A model generated the notes under the pieces. It was given only the letters and a program-made list of their open reading frames with translations, had not been told where the DNA came from and ran no database searches. 64,000 bases of DNA from IMG/VR virus record IMGVR_UViG_3300042914_002215; one strand, written 5' to 3'. Positions within the stretch are counted from its first letter, which is position 1. The number at the start of each line of letters is the position of its first letter. Below are positions 7,382-17,455 of the stretch, piece by piece. Source of the DNA: a virus. The position numbers and the translations under genes were made by a program.

Positions 7382-8236
7382 ATGGACTTTTCTAAACTAA
7401 AAAGCAATCGCAATTCGTTTGACAAACTTACCAAAGCGATTGAATCAATCAACACACCAGCAGAAGGCTCAAAAGGCGATGATCGTTTTTGGCAGCCGGA
7501 AGTAGATAAAGCTGGTAACGGCATGGCAATCATTCGTTTTCTTCCAGCACCAGCAGTAGATGGTGACGATGCACTTCCTTGGGTTCGTATCTTTGATCAT
7601 GGCTTTCAAGGTCCTGGTGGTTGGTACATTGAAAACTCTTTGACAACTCTCAATCAAAAAGATCCAGTATCAGAGTACAACTCTGTTCTATGGAACTCTG
7701 GTATTGAAGCAAACAAAGAAATTGCACGTAAGCAGAAACGCCGTTTACATTATATCGCAAATGTGCTGATCGTTTCTGATCCAAAGAATCCTGACAATGA
7801 AGGACAGATTCGTCTGTACAAGTTTGGTAAGAAAATTTTTGATAAACTTACAGAAGCAATGAATCCACAATTTGAAGATGAGAAGGCAGTGAATCCTTTT
7901 GACTTCTGGGAAGGTGCAAACTTCAAAATCAAGATTCGTCAAGTTGAAGGCTATCGTAACTATGACAAGTCTGAGTTTGAATCTCCTTCAGCAGTGTTTG
8001 ATGGTGATGATGCAAAACTTGAAGCACTGTGGAAAAAAGAATACTCACTCAAAGAGTTTCTTGATCCTAAAAACTTTAAATCTTATGATGTGTTGAAGGC
8101 AAAACTTGACAGAGTTCTTGGTCTTGATGGTGCTGCTCCTGTTGCAAAGACAAAAGCAGAAGATTTTGTACCAAAAACATCACCTGATCTTGATGATGAA
8201 GAACTAGACTACTTCAAGTCTTTAGCAGAAGATTAA
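7382..8236 (+). CDS. gp32: single-stranded DNA-binding protein
   Basis: DKAGNGMAIIRFLP, HGFQGPGGWYIENS, GANFKIKIR..GYRNYDKSEF; acidic C-terminal tail. Confidence 0.97.
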   Translation: MDFSKLKSNRNSFDKLTKAIESINTPAEGSKGDDRFWQPEVDKAGNGMAIIRFLPAPAVDGDDALPWVRIFDHGFQGPGGWYIENSLTTLNQKDPVSEYNSVLWNSGIEANKEIARKQKRRLHYIANVLIVSDPKNPDNEGQIRLYKFGKKIFDKLTEAMNPQFEDEKAVNPFDFWEGANFKIKIRQVEGYRNYDKSEFESPSAVFDGDDAKLEALWKKEYSLKEFLDPKNFKSYDVLKAKLDRVLGLDGAAPVAKTKAEDFVPKTSPDLDDEELDYFKSLAED

Positions 8237-8262
8237 ACCCTCCTTTATCTTAATCAACTGCG

Positions 8263-8288
8263 ACGCCACCTTCGGGTGGCGTTTTTTT
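8263..8288 (+). terminator. Rho-independent terminator
   Basis: ACGCCACC-TTCG-GGTGGCGT plus T-run, between convergent genes. Confidence 0.9.
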
Positions 8289-10305
8289 ATGCAACTCTCA
8301 TTGCCATAATTTTATTCAGAATATTCTCATCACGTACTGCTGGTGAACCTTGAGCAGCGACAACATCACCGCCTGCTTTGCTCACATTAGTTGAGTTATC
8401 AACAAAAGTAGGACCAGACATGATTTCTTTGCCAATCATATTCATGGCAGCACTAAGTTCTTTAGAATCAAAACCCAACTTACCACCAGTCAGTTTATCA
8501 AAATCTAAAAGCATTTTTACTAATGGATTTTCTTCTTCTGCCGGCGGTGTTGTTGTTGAAACTTGTCCTGCTGGTAGTGCGGCAGTTGGTGTTGCTGCTG
8601 CCACTTGAACTGGTACTTCTTCTACTTTACCACCAGCAAGTAAAGTCGCAAACTGTGAAGATGCTGCTAAGTTTGCTTTGTTCGGACCGCCTAGTGAAGA
8701 TTGACCCGAGGTGTTTGCGATTGCACCCCAAACTTTAGAAACGTTATTTTGAAATTGTGATGCTGGCATTTTTCCAGCTTTAAATGATGAAAGACCAGCC
8801 TCTTCCAACAATGCTTTTCCTAATCTATCTTGTGTTGCTGCGTCAAACTTATCACCCTTACTAACAACACCCGCATTTACTAATCTCTTTAACGTGTCGG
8901 GAACAATTTGATAACGACCTGCTGCAAAAATCAATCCTTCTTTCTTTCTTTTTTCTGGTGAGTCTGAAGGTTTTGCACCTCTCGTTATAACTTCTCCTAC
9001 AGTCATTTCAGTTAAGTTTTTACCTATAACTCTCATCGAATTACCAGAACCGTAAATACCTTTATCTTTAGTTCCACCTTGATTCATTGAATTATAATCA
9101 CCACCAGACTCACCTTTTGCGATTGTGTTGAGAAGAGATTTATCAAACTCATCAGGCGCAGATTTCGTATATGCTCTTGTTACTGTTCCTTCAACAGTTC
9201 TGTTATTTTTTGGTGCTGGTGTTGGTGTTTTGCTTTGTGAAAGTATAGCAGCAGCCATTGCAGTATCATCACCACCACCAGATTGTGCAAGTACGTCTAG
9301 TTCATCTTTACTCATTCCCTCTAGTGTTTTTGCTGCACCATAAGTTATTGCTGTGCCTGCTGCAACTACTCCACCTACCACGCCACCCGCAAGCAATCTA
9401 TTTGCCATTGTTACTGGTGGTCTTGGGGGAGTTTTTGTATATCTTCCCGTTTTAGGATCACGGTACGGTCCTTTTTTCTTATCACCTTTATCAACATCTG
9501 GTACATCTGCACCACCACCTCCAATACCAAATAAAGATTTTGCTGCTGATTCAGCGGCAGCCTTCAATAGAAATACTGCACCCTTTAAAGCACCAAAAGC
9601 TACAATAACAGCACCTAATACTGTGCCTAACGACACTTTGACACCTTCTATTTCAACTTCAGTAGACAATACTTTTTTAATTGCGTCAAAAATAGTTTTA
9701 ATAATTTCATACAAACCTTCCCATATTCTTTTATCTGATAGAATATTACCGGTTTTTTCTATACCAGCAACCAGAAGATTTTTAATTGCCAAAAATGTGT
9801 TTATGATTGCTTCTTTTATTTCTGGCCAATTTTCTTTCATCGTTTCAGTCAACATTTGAGCGCCCTTTTGTATGACGTTCATTATTGACGTAAACAGATT
9901 TTTAATGAATGACTTTATGGTGTTTCTTACATCATCATTTTCAAGAAGTTTTGCTAAACCAAAAGTGCCTGCACTGAGTAAAGCACCTTTGATTAACATG
10001 TTCGCTATGTTTTTGATGAAGTCTAGTACAGAAGTTCCTGGTCCGAATCCTAAACCTTTGTCACCACGACTTCCACCAGTGCTTGTTTTTGTTTTAGATG
10101 CGGTTGGCGACTTTGCAAATTTGGCTTCATAAGCAGACTCTTTACTTGCTTGCCCAGCAAAAAATTGCTCCGCTTTACTTCTTGGCGTACCCGCTTGAAT
10201 AGACACAAGTTTCATGATGCCCATTTTCATGACACCAATATCTCTTGCCATTGCAGGAAGTGCTTTTTCTAATGCTGCATTCTTTTTGATTGTTTGTTCG
10301 GCCAT
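8287..10305 (-). CDS. tape-measure/hub-like protein (gp29 position) with lambda-lysozyme-like domain
   Basis: amphipathic helical N-half, RDPKTGRY motif, IAKGESGGDY...AAGRYQIVPDTL...FDAATQDRL; follows gp26/gp51-like genes. Confidence 0.65.
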   Translation of the reverse strand: MAEQTIKKNAALEKALPAMARDIGVMKMGIMKLVSIQAGTPRSKAEQFFAGQASKESAYEAKFAKSPTASKTKTSTGGSRGDKGLGFGPGTSVLDFIKNIANMLIKGALLSAGTFGLAKLLENDDVRNTIKSFIKNLFTSIMNVIQKGAQMLTETMKENWPEIKEAIINTFLAIKNLLVAGIEKTGNILSDKRIWEGLYEIIKTIFDAIKKVLSTEVEIEGVKVSLGTVLGAVIVAFGALKGAVFLLKAAAESAAKSLFGIGGGGADVPDVDKGDKKKGPYRDPKTGRYTKTPPRPPVTMANRLLAGGVVGGVVAAGTAITYGAAKTLEGMSKDELDVLAQSGGGDDTAMAAAILSQSKTPTPAPKNNRTVEGTVTRAYTKSAPDEFDKSLLNTIAKGESGGDYNSMNQGGTKDKGIYGSGNSMRVIGKNLTEMTVGEVITRGAKPSDSPEKRKKEGLIFAAGRYQIVPDTLKRLVNAGVVSKGDKFDAATQDRLGKALLEEAGLSSFKAGKMPASQFQNNVSKVWGAIANTSGQSSLGGPNKANLAASSQFATLLAGGKVEEVPVQVAAATPTAALPAGQVSTTTPPAEEENPLVKMLLDFDKLTGGKLGFDSKELSAAMNMIGKEIMSGPTFVDNSTNVSKAGGDVVAAQGSPAVRDENILNKIMAMRVA

Positions 10306-10307
10306 TT

Positions 10308-10445
10308 TTATTTTCTACTTCTGTTATATTCTCTGAGTCTTTCGTTTTCTTCCTCAATGTGTTTCATTAATAAGTCAAGATATACTTGTCTTTCCCAAGG
10401 CATCAGATTATCCAATTCTGTCAAACTATAATGATGATGCTGCAT
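10308..10445 (-). CDS. gp51: gp51-like small ORF (probably the -1-frame extension of gp26; frame open back to 10502)
   Basis: (YDTLGNYFQTNFAL)MQHHHYSLTELDNLMPWERQVYLDLL...; no RBS before the ATG; not in ORF track. Confidence 0.8.
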   Translation of the reverse strand: MQHHHYSLTELDNLMPWERQVYLDLLMKHIEEENERLREYNRSRK

Positions 10446-10495
10446 TAAAGCAAAGTTAGTTTGAAAGTAGTTACCTAGGGTATCATAATTTATAA

Positions 10496-11227
10496 TTAAA
10501 CGAAAAAATTTTGGATTCCTTCTACCAGAATATCTTCTTCATAACCACATTTACCACATTTAAAGTGTAAATCTTTTTTGAACTTGGGTAATGTATCGAA
10601 AAACTTTTGAATTTTTTCAAGTTCAGTTTGGGTTAGATTTTCAATAAACTCTATCAATTCTTGTTTAGAAGAATCTTTGGCATAATACAATTTTTCGTCG
10701 TCATAAATGTAGTCTATGCAACCAATTATGACCTCCAAAATTTGCTCCATATCATTCGAATTCACATCCAGTTTATTTACCGTTTTGAATGTGGGATATT
10801 TCATAACAATACCCATCTTGTCATTTATAGCAATTTTGTTTGAATGCTCAGAGTTTTTTGTTGGTTGAATTTCCAAAACATTCAAATCAAACTGAACTTT
10901 ACCGCCACATATTTTTTCACTCTCTTCATCTTTTATTTTATTATTACAATTGTAGTTTAATTGAACAACTTCACCAACCGATCTTGCTCTGAGTTGAATG
11001 AACAGATGTTCAATGTCAAATGTGGCCATATTTTCAACATCAATATCATCTAGTACACAATTTTGAATAACTTGTTTGATAGCATTAATCGTATCATTAA
11101 CATCATCAGATTCCGCAGCCATCAAAAACAACTTCTGTTCTTTGACAAGAAATGGGCGATATCGTATTGTCTGCCCATTTGAAATCAGTTTTGTTTCATA
11201 AATCGGTACATCTATTTTTGGTAACAT
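10496..11227 (-). CDS. gp26: baseplate hub assembly protein
   Basis: MLPKIDVP, RPFLVKEQK, LRARSVGE, MKYP, CGKCG, EGIQNFF. Confidence 0.9.
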   Translation of the reverse strand: MLPKIDVPIYETKLISNGQTIRYRPFLVKEQKLFLMAAESDDVNDTINAIKQVIQNCVLDDIDVENMATFDIEHLFIQLRARSVGEVVQLNYNCNNKIKDEESEKICGGKVQFDLNVLEIQPTKNSEHSNKIAINDKMGIVMKYPTFKTVNKLDVNSNDMEQILEVIIGCIDYIYDDEKLYYAKDSSKQELIEFIENLTQTELEKIQKFFDTLPKFKKDLHFKCGKCGYEEDILVEGIQNFFV

Positions 11228-11244
11228 AATATCCTCACTTTAAT

Positions 11245-11976
11245 TTAAACTCTTAATAACGCTCTTGCTCCAGCATTAACTCCTGAAGCAACAATCTGAC
11301 CAATATCGTATTTGCTGTCAGGTATAACTTCATATCTTTGATATGCGAATTGAACTGTCAGACGGTGAAATCCTTCTTCTGCCCAACTAAGCGGTTGTGC
11401 TGCGACACCAATTGGAAAAGCATCAATCAGTTTAACACCGTAGATTTGCTTTACATCATCGTTGTATTGTTTGATGGTAATCTCAGTCATGTACTGAGAG
11501 TTTTGTCCTTTTGGATAACGCAAGTTATTTGTGTCAGTAGGCATAATTGCTTCTAACCAACGTTCAAATAACTTACGCTCATAGAAATCGTTTGTACAGA
11601 TGAATGTAAAAGATGTGTCACCATATTGTGTTTGATATGGAACTTTAAATGTAGGACCATAAATTTTTACATCATCTGTCTGTAATGTCTTACCTGGAAT
11701 TTCTGCTGTCTCACATTGTAGTGCAAGATATCTTGTCATTGCTGGATTGGCAGACTTCATTGCTTTATCAGACTCGGCACCAATGGCAGCATTAATAGCA
11801 TCTGTCACATCTGACATAATTGAGTTAGGTAAGTTTAAAATTCTTTCAATCAAAGAGTTTTGTACGAACTGTGAAATATAACCTGGTATTGGTAATATAA
11901 CTTCAAATCTAGCAGGTCTTGCAAGACCTTCTTTAGCATTGATGTTTGAAAGAAATTCGTTTGGTGAAAATGCCAT
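11245..11976 (-). CDS. gp54: tail tube family protein / baseplate tail-tube initiator (gp54-like)
   Basis: ARPARFEV, CETAEIPG, ERKLFERW, LIDAFPIGV, LTVQFAY. Confidence 0.65.
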   Translation of the reverse strand: MAFSPNEFLSNINAKEGLARPARFEVILPIPGYISQFVQNSLIERILNLPNSIMSDVTDAINAAIGAESDKAMKSANPAMTRYLALQCETAEIPGKTLQTDDVKIYGPTFKVPYQTQYGDTSFTFICTNDFYERKLFERWLEAIMPTDTNNLRYPKGQNSQYMTEITIKQYNDDVKQIYGVKLIDAFPIGVAAQPLSWAEEGFHRLTVQFAYQRYEVIPDSKYDIGQIVASGVNAGARALLRV

Positions 11977-12558
11977 TTAAAATTTGTCCTCTGAGTCTGA
12001 CCAGACTTTGCTGGTACTTGCTTTTGCAAATGATTCTACTGGTAACATGACGGCAATGTCCCACTCATCCGCTGTTATTTCAAGAAAACGAGACTGTACA
12101 TGATTAGACAAGTATCGTTTGATACAAGGTGTAGCCTCATAAATTCTTGATGCTCGTTTCAAAAAATCATAACTTATTCTAAATCTAGTACCTTCATCAT
12201 AACGATGATCAGTTAAAATGGTACTCAATTTGTCTAGAAGAATGATTCGTCGCTTTGGGTGAATGTAATGTAGATTCAACCCTAAAAAACCGTCTGAGTA
12301 TCGTTCTATTGGAATTACCAATGGGAACCTGTCGTAATATGGCAACGAATCTTTCGTCTTTGGATCATAATAATAAAAGTACATACGACCTATGATAGAC
12401 TGATTTTTAAATCGTTCCCTATCACTCATCAATTGACCTTTGGTAGGTCTGAGTGCTGGAACTTTGGACCTTAGCCACGCACGTGCTTCACGTGAACGTG
12501 GAGCATATCCTGATTTAGCAAGGGATTCCTTAATTCTATCAATGAGTCGTTTCGCCAT
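11977..12558 (-). CDS. gp2: DNA end protector
   Basis: GRMYFYYYDPKTKDSLPYYDRFPLV, GFLGLNLHY, PCIKRYL..HV. Confidence 0.92.
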   Translation of the reverse strand: MAKRLIDRIKESLAKSGYAPRSREARAWLRSKVPALRPTKGQLMSDRERFKNQSIIGRMYFYYYDPKTKDSLPYYDRFPLVIPIERYSDGFLGLNLHYIHPKRRIILLDKLSTILTDHRYDEGTRFRISYDFLKRASRIYEATPCIKRYLSNHVQSRFLEITADEWDIAVMLPVESFAKASTSKVWSDSEDKF

Positions 12559-12565
12559 CTTTTAT

Positions 12566-13000
12566 TTATCTGATGCCTAAGTGCTTTTCAGTTAAAATCT
12601 GAAACTGCCAGCCATGATCTTTGCAGAACTCTTCTGCTGCGTACCATTTGGCTTTGTTGACTTCATATGTGATGGCTTCTTGCAGATATGTTTTGGTTTT
12701 GCGCTTTTGTGTGGGGGGCTTTGTCTGTTTTTCTGGTTTGACCTCAATTACGTAAGTCATGACCGTGCCGTCAGATTTACGCATCTTGGCGATGAAGTCT
12801 GGAAAGTAACGATGTTTTTTCTTATCGACCGGACTAAGATAGGGTATAGGAAGTTCTTCCGAACCCCACCAGATGACGTTCGGATTCTCATCTAAATAAT
12901 TCATTACCTTTATCTCCCACGTGGACCTATAGATGATATTATTGGGATCACCCTTATATTTCTGTGGGTTTTTCGGTCTAAATCTTCCTTTATTTGACAT
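12566..13000 (-). CDS. gp4: head completion nuclease
   Basis: PKNPQKYKGDP..IIYRS.WE, WGSEE, HRYFPDF, IEVKP, VNKAKW, LTEKHL. Confidence 0.95.
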   Translation of the reverse strand: MSNKGRFRPKNPQKYKGDPNNIIYRSTWEIKVMNYLDENPNVIWWGSEELPIPYLSPVDKKKHRYFPDFIAKMRKSDGTVMTYVIEVKPEKQTKPPTQKRKTKTYLQEAITYEVNKAKWYAAEEFCKDHGWQFQILTEKHLGIR

Positions 13001-13005
13001 AAATA
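12998..13005 (+). promoter_or_regulatory. late promoter-like (CATAAATA) for gp48, overlapping the gp4 start codon
   Basis: xxTAAATA element at the divergent gp4/gp48 junction. Confidence 0.55.
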
Positions 13006-13032
13006 CTATCTAGTCAACAAATAGGAACCCTC

Positions 13033-14346
13033 ATGGCATTCTTCGGTCTTTCAGACATACGTTTCAACGATATTGAACCTAGAAAATTTGGTGCAGATGG
13101 ACTTGCCGCACTGGAAAGAACACCTTTCGAAAAAACAACTTTAAAGTATCCTTTATCTGTTGGTTCTGCTGATAAGGGACACTATATGGTTTTCTTTGTT
13201 CGTGAGCAGAAAAATACTAATTTTAAAGTTTCAGATCGTGGTGGGCAATCGTGGGACGCACAACAAGAAATTGATATACAGAAACAATTAAGTGAAGGAC
13301 GAAATGCTGGTGGTGGAGGTTCAATTGTAAAAACTAATCCATCTTTTGCTGATGTAGTAAACAATAAGTTGTCTACTTATTTGAATCAAGGTACAAGTGC
13401 AATCAAACAGAAGTTTGGAACTGGTGGTAGATTGGGAAAAATTACTGGTGCTGTTGAGGGATTTATTGCTGGTCCGCAACCACCAACAAGAGAAGAAAAA
13501 GTTGATACTGCAATTGAACGTTCTGTAAAAGCAATTATCGACAAATCACCATTTGAGTTTATGAACTCAACCAGACTAACAAGTGATGCAATCGCTTTGT
13601 ACATGCCAGATACAATCAATTTTGATTCTGAACAAAACTATTCTGAAATGAGGCCTGGTGAAGAACTGTTGGGTCAAGCATTGGCTGCTGCACCTGAACT
13701 ATTAAGTATCTTCAGAAATGGCGGTGAGAATAAAGCACAAGCGTTGGTAAATGCTGCTAAGAAATCTGGATTAGCACAAAAGTTTGGTGAGGCAGCATTA
13801 GAAAAACTTGGAGTAGGTGGTAATGTAGGTCGTTTAGGATTGTTTGCTGGAACTGGTCGTGTAACTAATCCAATGTTAGAACTACTTTACAGTTCACCAA
13901 CGTTGCGTACATTTCAGTTCGAGTTTTTCTTTTATCCAAGAAGTGAACGTGAAGCATATGAAGTGCAAAAGATTATTGAACGTTTTAGATTTCATCAAGC
14001 GCCTGAACTAGAAAGATATCCAAACTCCAAAACACAATCTGGTTTATTAATACCACCATCAGAGTTTGATATTAAATTTTTCTATGCGGGTAAACAGAAT
14101 CCAAACATACCTCCAATATCAACATGCGTATTGCAGAGTATTCAAGTAAATTATGCACCAAGAGGATGGACAGCATATGAATCCATCGGTGATAATGATC
14201 CTGCTTTAGGCAGAACAGGTATGCCTGTAGCAATTCAAATGTCATTAGGTTTTAGAGAAACAACATACATCACAAAAGAAGATTTTGATATTGGAAGCCC
14301 TTCTGTTGCTGGCAAAGTTGTTACCAATTACGACTGGTCGAAATAA
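13033..14346 (+). CDS. gp48: baseplate tail-tube cap
   Basis: LKYP, IALYMP, NPMLELLY..P.LRTFQFEF.FYPRS..EA, CVLQSIQVNY, MPV...MSL.F.E. Confidence 0.85.
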   Translation: MAFFGLSDIRFNDIEPRKFGADGLAALERTPFEKTTLKYPLSVGSADKGHYMVFFVREQKNTNFKVSDRGGQSWDAQQEIDIQKQLSEGRNAGGGGSIVKTNPSFADVVNNKLSTYLNQGTSAIKQKFGTGGRLGKITGAVEGFIAGPQPPTREEKVDTAIERSVKAIIDKSPFEFMNSTRLTSDAIALYMPDTINFDSEQNYSEMRPGEELLGQALAAAPELLSIFRNGGENKAQALVNAAKKSGLAQKFGEAALEKLGVGGNVGRLGLFAGTGRVTNPMLELLYSSPTLRTFQFEFFFYPRSEREAYEVQKIIERFRFHQAPELERYPNSKTQSGLLIPPSEFDIKFFYAGKQNPNIPPISTCVLQSIQVNYAPRGWTAYESIGDNDPALGRTGMPVAIQMSLGFRETTYITKEDFDIGSPSVAGKVVTNYDWSK

Positions 14347-15009
14347 ATGGCAAACTTTTTTAACTATTACCCACTAACATTTTATACGGTTGATGCTAAC
14401 ACAACTAGCCTTGATACTGTAACGAATATTATATCCCGTTTTGCATTTGAAAACTCACTGAAAGAAAACTCTGCTGCGTTCTACAAATACAATATTAAAG
14501 ATACAGATACACCAGAATCTATAGCATCAAAGTATTATAACAATCCCGAAAGACATTGGATTGTTTTGTTGTTTAACGACATTATTGATCCTCAGTATGA
14601 TTGGCCATTGAACTATTCGAACTTTATTGAGTACGTTGATAACAAATATGCCGCAAACGGCGCATCAAATACGACAGTGCAATCAGGTCTTGCTTGGGCA
14701 CAAAGTATCAATAATGTTCATTCTTACTATCAGGTAAACACTAGAACTGTATCAACATCAACAATAGACAATAAAACTATTACGGAAAAAATTCAAATTA
14801 CAGCAAATGCTTATGCAAACGTAATTCAAAGCACCAGAACTTTTACATTAGAAAATGGTGCGATTGTAACAGAAAAAGTTACGAAAGAAAAATTAACTTA
14901 TTATGATTATGAGATGCAAGTTAATGAATCAAAAAGAACAATTAAACTGTTAAAGCCAGAATTTGCTGGCTCTGTTGTAGAAGAATTTAAAGAAATTATT
15001 AATTCATGA
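14347..15009 (+). CDS. gp53: baseplate wedge subunit
   Basis: DTPESIA.KYY....HWIVLLFNDIIDP..DWPL; YE..VNE.KR.IKLLKP. Confidence 0.9.
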   Translation: MANFFNYYPLTFYTVDANTTSLDTVTNIISRFAFENSLKENSAAFYKYNIKDTDTPESIASKYYNNPERHWIVLLFNDIIDPQYDWPLNYSNFIEYVDNKYAANGASNTTVQSGLAWAQSINNVHSYYQVNTRTVSTSTIDNKTITEKIQITANAYANVIQSTRTFTLENGAIVTEKVTKEKLTYYDYEMQVNESKRTIKLLKPEFAGSVVEEFKEIINS

Positions 15010-16334
15010 ACGTAATTGAGTCATCACAGTTTAGAGTAACAGAAATAGTGGTAGTCACTAAAGGCGGACCCGTTGATGTTACAAATATGTTTGAGGAACT
15101 GAATCTATACGATTCTTTGTTTCTACCTATACTCTCTGGTAATATTATTATTACCGATGCTGTAGGCTTATCTAAAAAATTAACTTATGATGGTTCTGAA
15201 GTTATTGCAATAACAATTAAAAAAGATCAAGACTCTGAAGATTTATCGTATAAAAAAGCATTTAGAATCTACAGTCAGTCTGATAGAAAAAATCTCAATC
15301 AGACTAGTGAAGCATACGTGCTTCATTTTGTGGCCGATGAGTTTATTTTCTCTGCACAACAAAGAATCAATCAGAGTTATGAAACTACGTATTCCAAAGT
15401 TGCTGAGAAAATTCTGACTAATTATCTGAAAGTTCCAGCAAGCAAACAAGGTATTATTGAAAATAGTTCTGGCATACGTAAGATAATTGTTCCAAATCTA
15501 CAGCCTTTGGATGCTATCGATTGGTGTGCTAAAAGGGCAATTGATTCTAAAAATGCACCAGACTTTTTATTCTTCTCCAACATCGTTGGATATAATTTCT
15601 GTTCATTGTCAAAGTTGTTAATTAAACCTTCTATTTTGGATATTAATTTCTCACCCAAAAACATTGATGACAACAATGACTTTTATGAAATGACAAGTGC
15701 TAGAAGTTATGAAGTCATAACACAAAATGATATTGTGGATAAGATCACCTCTGGTGTTAATGCAGGTCAGTTTATAGGATTTGATCCTTTGACTAGAACT
15801 ATGGGTTCTACACCGTTCACTTTTGACTCACACTATTCATTGGTTGAACACGGCAATAAGAATTCAACTGCATCAGAAATACACAATAAGAATCAAACAT
15901 CGAATTTTACAACATATGATTCACGTAAAGTATTAAGTATATTTGGTGCAGCAAGAAAGAATAGTAACTATATTAAAAAATATGATCCGGCTTCAATCTC
16001 AAAAACAGAAACACAAGAATTGTCTATTTTTCAAAGAAAAGCAATTTTGAATAATCTGATTGCAAAAAGATTGAAGATTACCATGCCTGGTAACTTTAGT
16101 TTATCATCGGGATTCAATGTAAATTTTAGAACGCAAGGTTTTGGTATGAAAACAAAAGGTGAGAATGAGGCAGAAGATTTGACTGTGAGTGGTAAGTATA
16201 TTATTACTGGTACAAGACACATCATCGGTTTAACAAGACATGTTACGATAATCGAAGTTGCATCTGATTCAACAAACAATCCAGCACAATATGTAAGTAA
16301 TCCTCTTGCTAATAAAGTATTGGAGCAGTATTAA
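15006..16334 (+). CDS. probable baseplate hub protein (gp27-like)
   Basis: position between gp53 and gp5; IIVPNLQP, PGNFSL..G, SGKYIITGTRH. Confidence 0.55.
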   Translation: MNVIESSQFRVTEIVVVTKGGPVDVTNMFEELNLYDSLFLPILSGNIIITDAVGLSKKLTYDGSEVIAITIKKDQDSEDLSYKKAFRIYSQSDRKNLNQTSEAYVLHFVADEFIFSAQQRINQSYETTYSKVAEKILTNYLKVPASKQGIIENSSGIRKIIVPNLQPLDAIDWCAKRAIDSKNAPDFLFFSNIVGYNFCSLSKLLIKPSILDINFSPKNIDDNNDFYEMTSARSYEVITQNDIVDKITSGVNAGQFIGFDPLTRTMGSTPFTFDSHYSLVEHGNKNSTASEIHNKNQTSNFTTYDSRKVLSIFGAARKNSNYIKKYDPASISKTETQELSIFQRKAILNNLIAKRLKITMPGNFSLSSGFNVNFRTQGFGMKTKGENEAEDLTVSGKYIITGTRHIIGLTRHVTIIEVASDSTNNPAQYVSNPLANKVLEQY

Positions 16335-17137
16335 TGAATAAAGATTTTGCTGGACAACATGGATTTATTTGGTGGATTGGTGTTGTTGAGGATAGACAAG
16401 ACCCATTAAAATTAGGTCGTTGTCGTGTTCGTTGTGTTGGATGGCATTCAGATAATAAAATGCAATTGCCAACTAATATGTTACCTTGGGCTATGCCGAG
16501 TGTGCCTGTGAATGCACCAAATATATATGCACCCAAAGAAGGTGATATGGTGTTTGGTTTTTTTATTGATGGAGAAAACGCACAAGAACCTGTGTTGTTA
16601 GGTATGTTTCCTAGCATTCCATTGAAAGCAGCAAACAGACAACAAGGGTTTAACGATCCAAGAACATCTGCTGAACTTGCTGCTGCACCAGTAAAACCAT
16701 ATGAGTCGGCGACAAATTATCCACGTAAGTTAGATGAGCCAACAACATCAAGACTTGCAAGAAATGATACTGATTATCCGTCAGAGATTGTAGCAGCAAA
16801 AAAAGCAAAACGTGCAAACAAAGTAGAACCTGCACCGTATTATAACGCAAAGTATCCATACAATAATGTGTACGAGTCTGAATCTGGACATGCATTAGAG
16901 TTTGACGATACAAAAGGTGCGGAACGAGTTCATGTGTATCATCGTTCGGGTTCATATACGGAATGGGGACCGGAAGGTGATCGTGCAGAAAGAATACAGA
17001 GAAACAAATATACAGTGGTGGCAGGAGATGAGGCAGTATACATCAAAGGTGATGTGCAGATATATGTTGATGGGGATTATAGACTGAACGTAACTGGTGA
17101 TGTAATCGTAAACGGTAAAACAATTAATCTAAACTAA
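16334..17137 (+). CDS. gp5: baseplate central spike, short form without lysozyme domain
   Basis: WWIGVVEDRQDPLKLGRCRVR, LPWA, VFGFF.DG..AQ.P, YPYNNV.ESESGH..EFDDT; beta-helix ending INLN. Confidence 0.92.
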   Translation: MNKDFAGQHGFIWWIGVVEDRQDPLKLGRCRVRCVGWHSDNKMQLPTNMLPWAMPSVPVNAPNIYAPKEGDMVFGFFIDGENAQEPVLLGMFPSIPLKAANRQQGFNDPRTSAELAAAPVKPYESATNYPRKLDEPTTSRLARNDTDYPSEIVAAKKAKRANKVEPAPYYNAKYPYNNVYESESGHALEFDDTKGAERVHVYHRSGSYTEWGPEGDRAERIQRNKYTVVAGDEAVYIKGDVQIYVDGDYRLNVTGDVIVNGKTINLN

Positions 17138-17138
17138 T

Positions 17139-17444
17139 ATGCCAGCAGTATCAAGAAAAAGCGGAACAGATTCCATTTCAACAGGACATGGCTGCGACAC
17201 AACCACTGTGACAGATCAGGGTTCATCAGATGTATTTGTGAACGGCATCGGTGCAGTTCGTGCTGGAGATTTATGTCAAGTGCATTTGATAGATTCCGGA
17301 TCATCTTGTGTTCCTCATGTGGTGTCATTAACGTCGTTTTCCAGCACAGTTTTTGTGAATGGAAAAGGTGTTGGTAGAAAAGGTGACGAGTATTCTGGTC
17401 ACACTTTAACATCTGGTTCGGGTAACGTCTTTGCTGGAGGCTGA
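17139..17444 (+). CDS. gp5.4: PAAR spike-tip protein
   Basis: MPAVSR, GSSDVFVNG..AVR.GD, VFVNGKGVGRKGD, GSGNVFAG. Confidence 0.9.
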   Translation: MPAVSRKSGTDSISTGHGCDTTTVTDQGSSDVFVNGIGAVRAGDLCQVHLIDSGSSCVPHVVSLTSFSSTVFVNGKGVGRKGDEYSGHTLTSGSGNVFAGG

Positions 17445-17455
17445 ATAAATAAACA

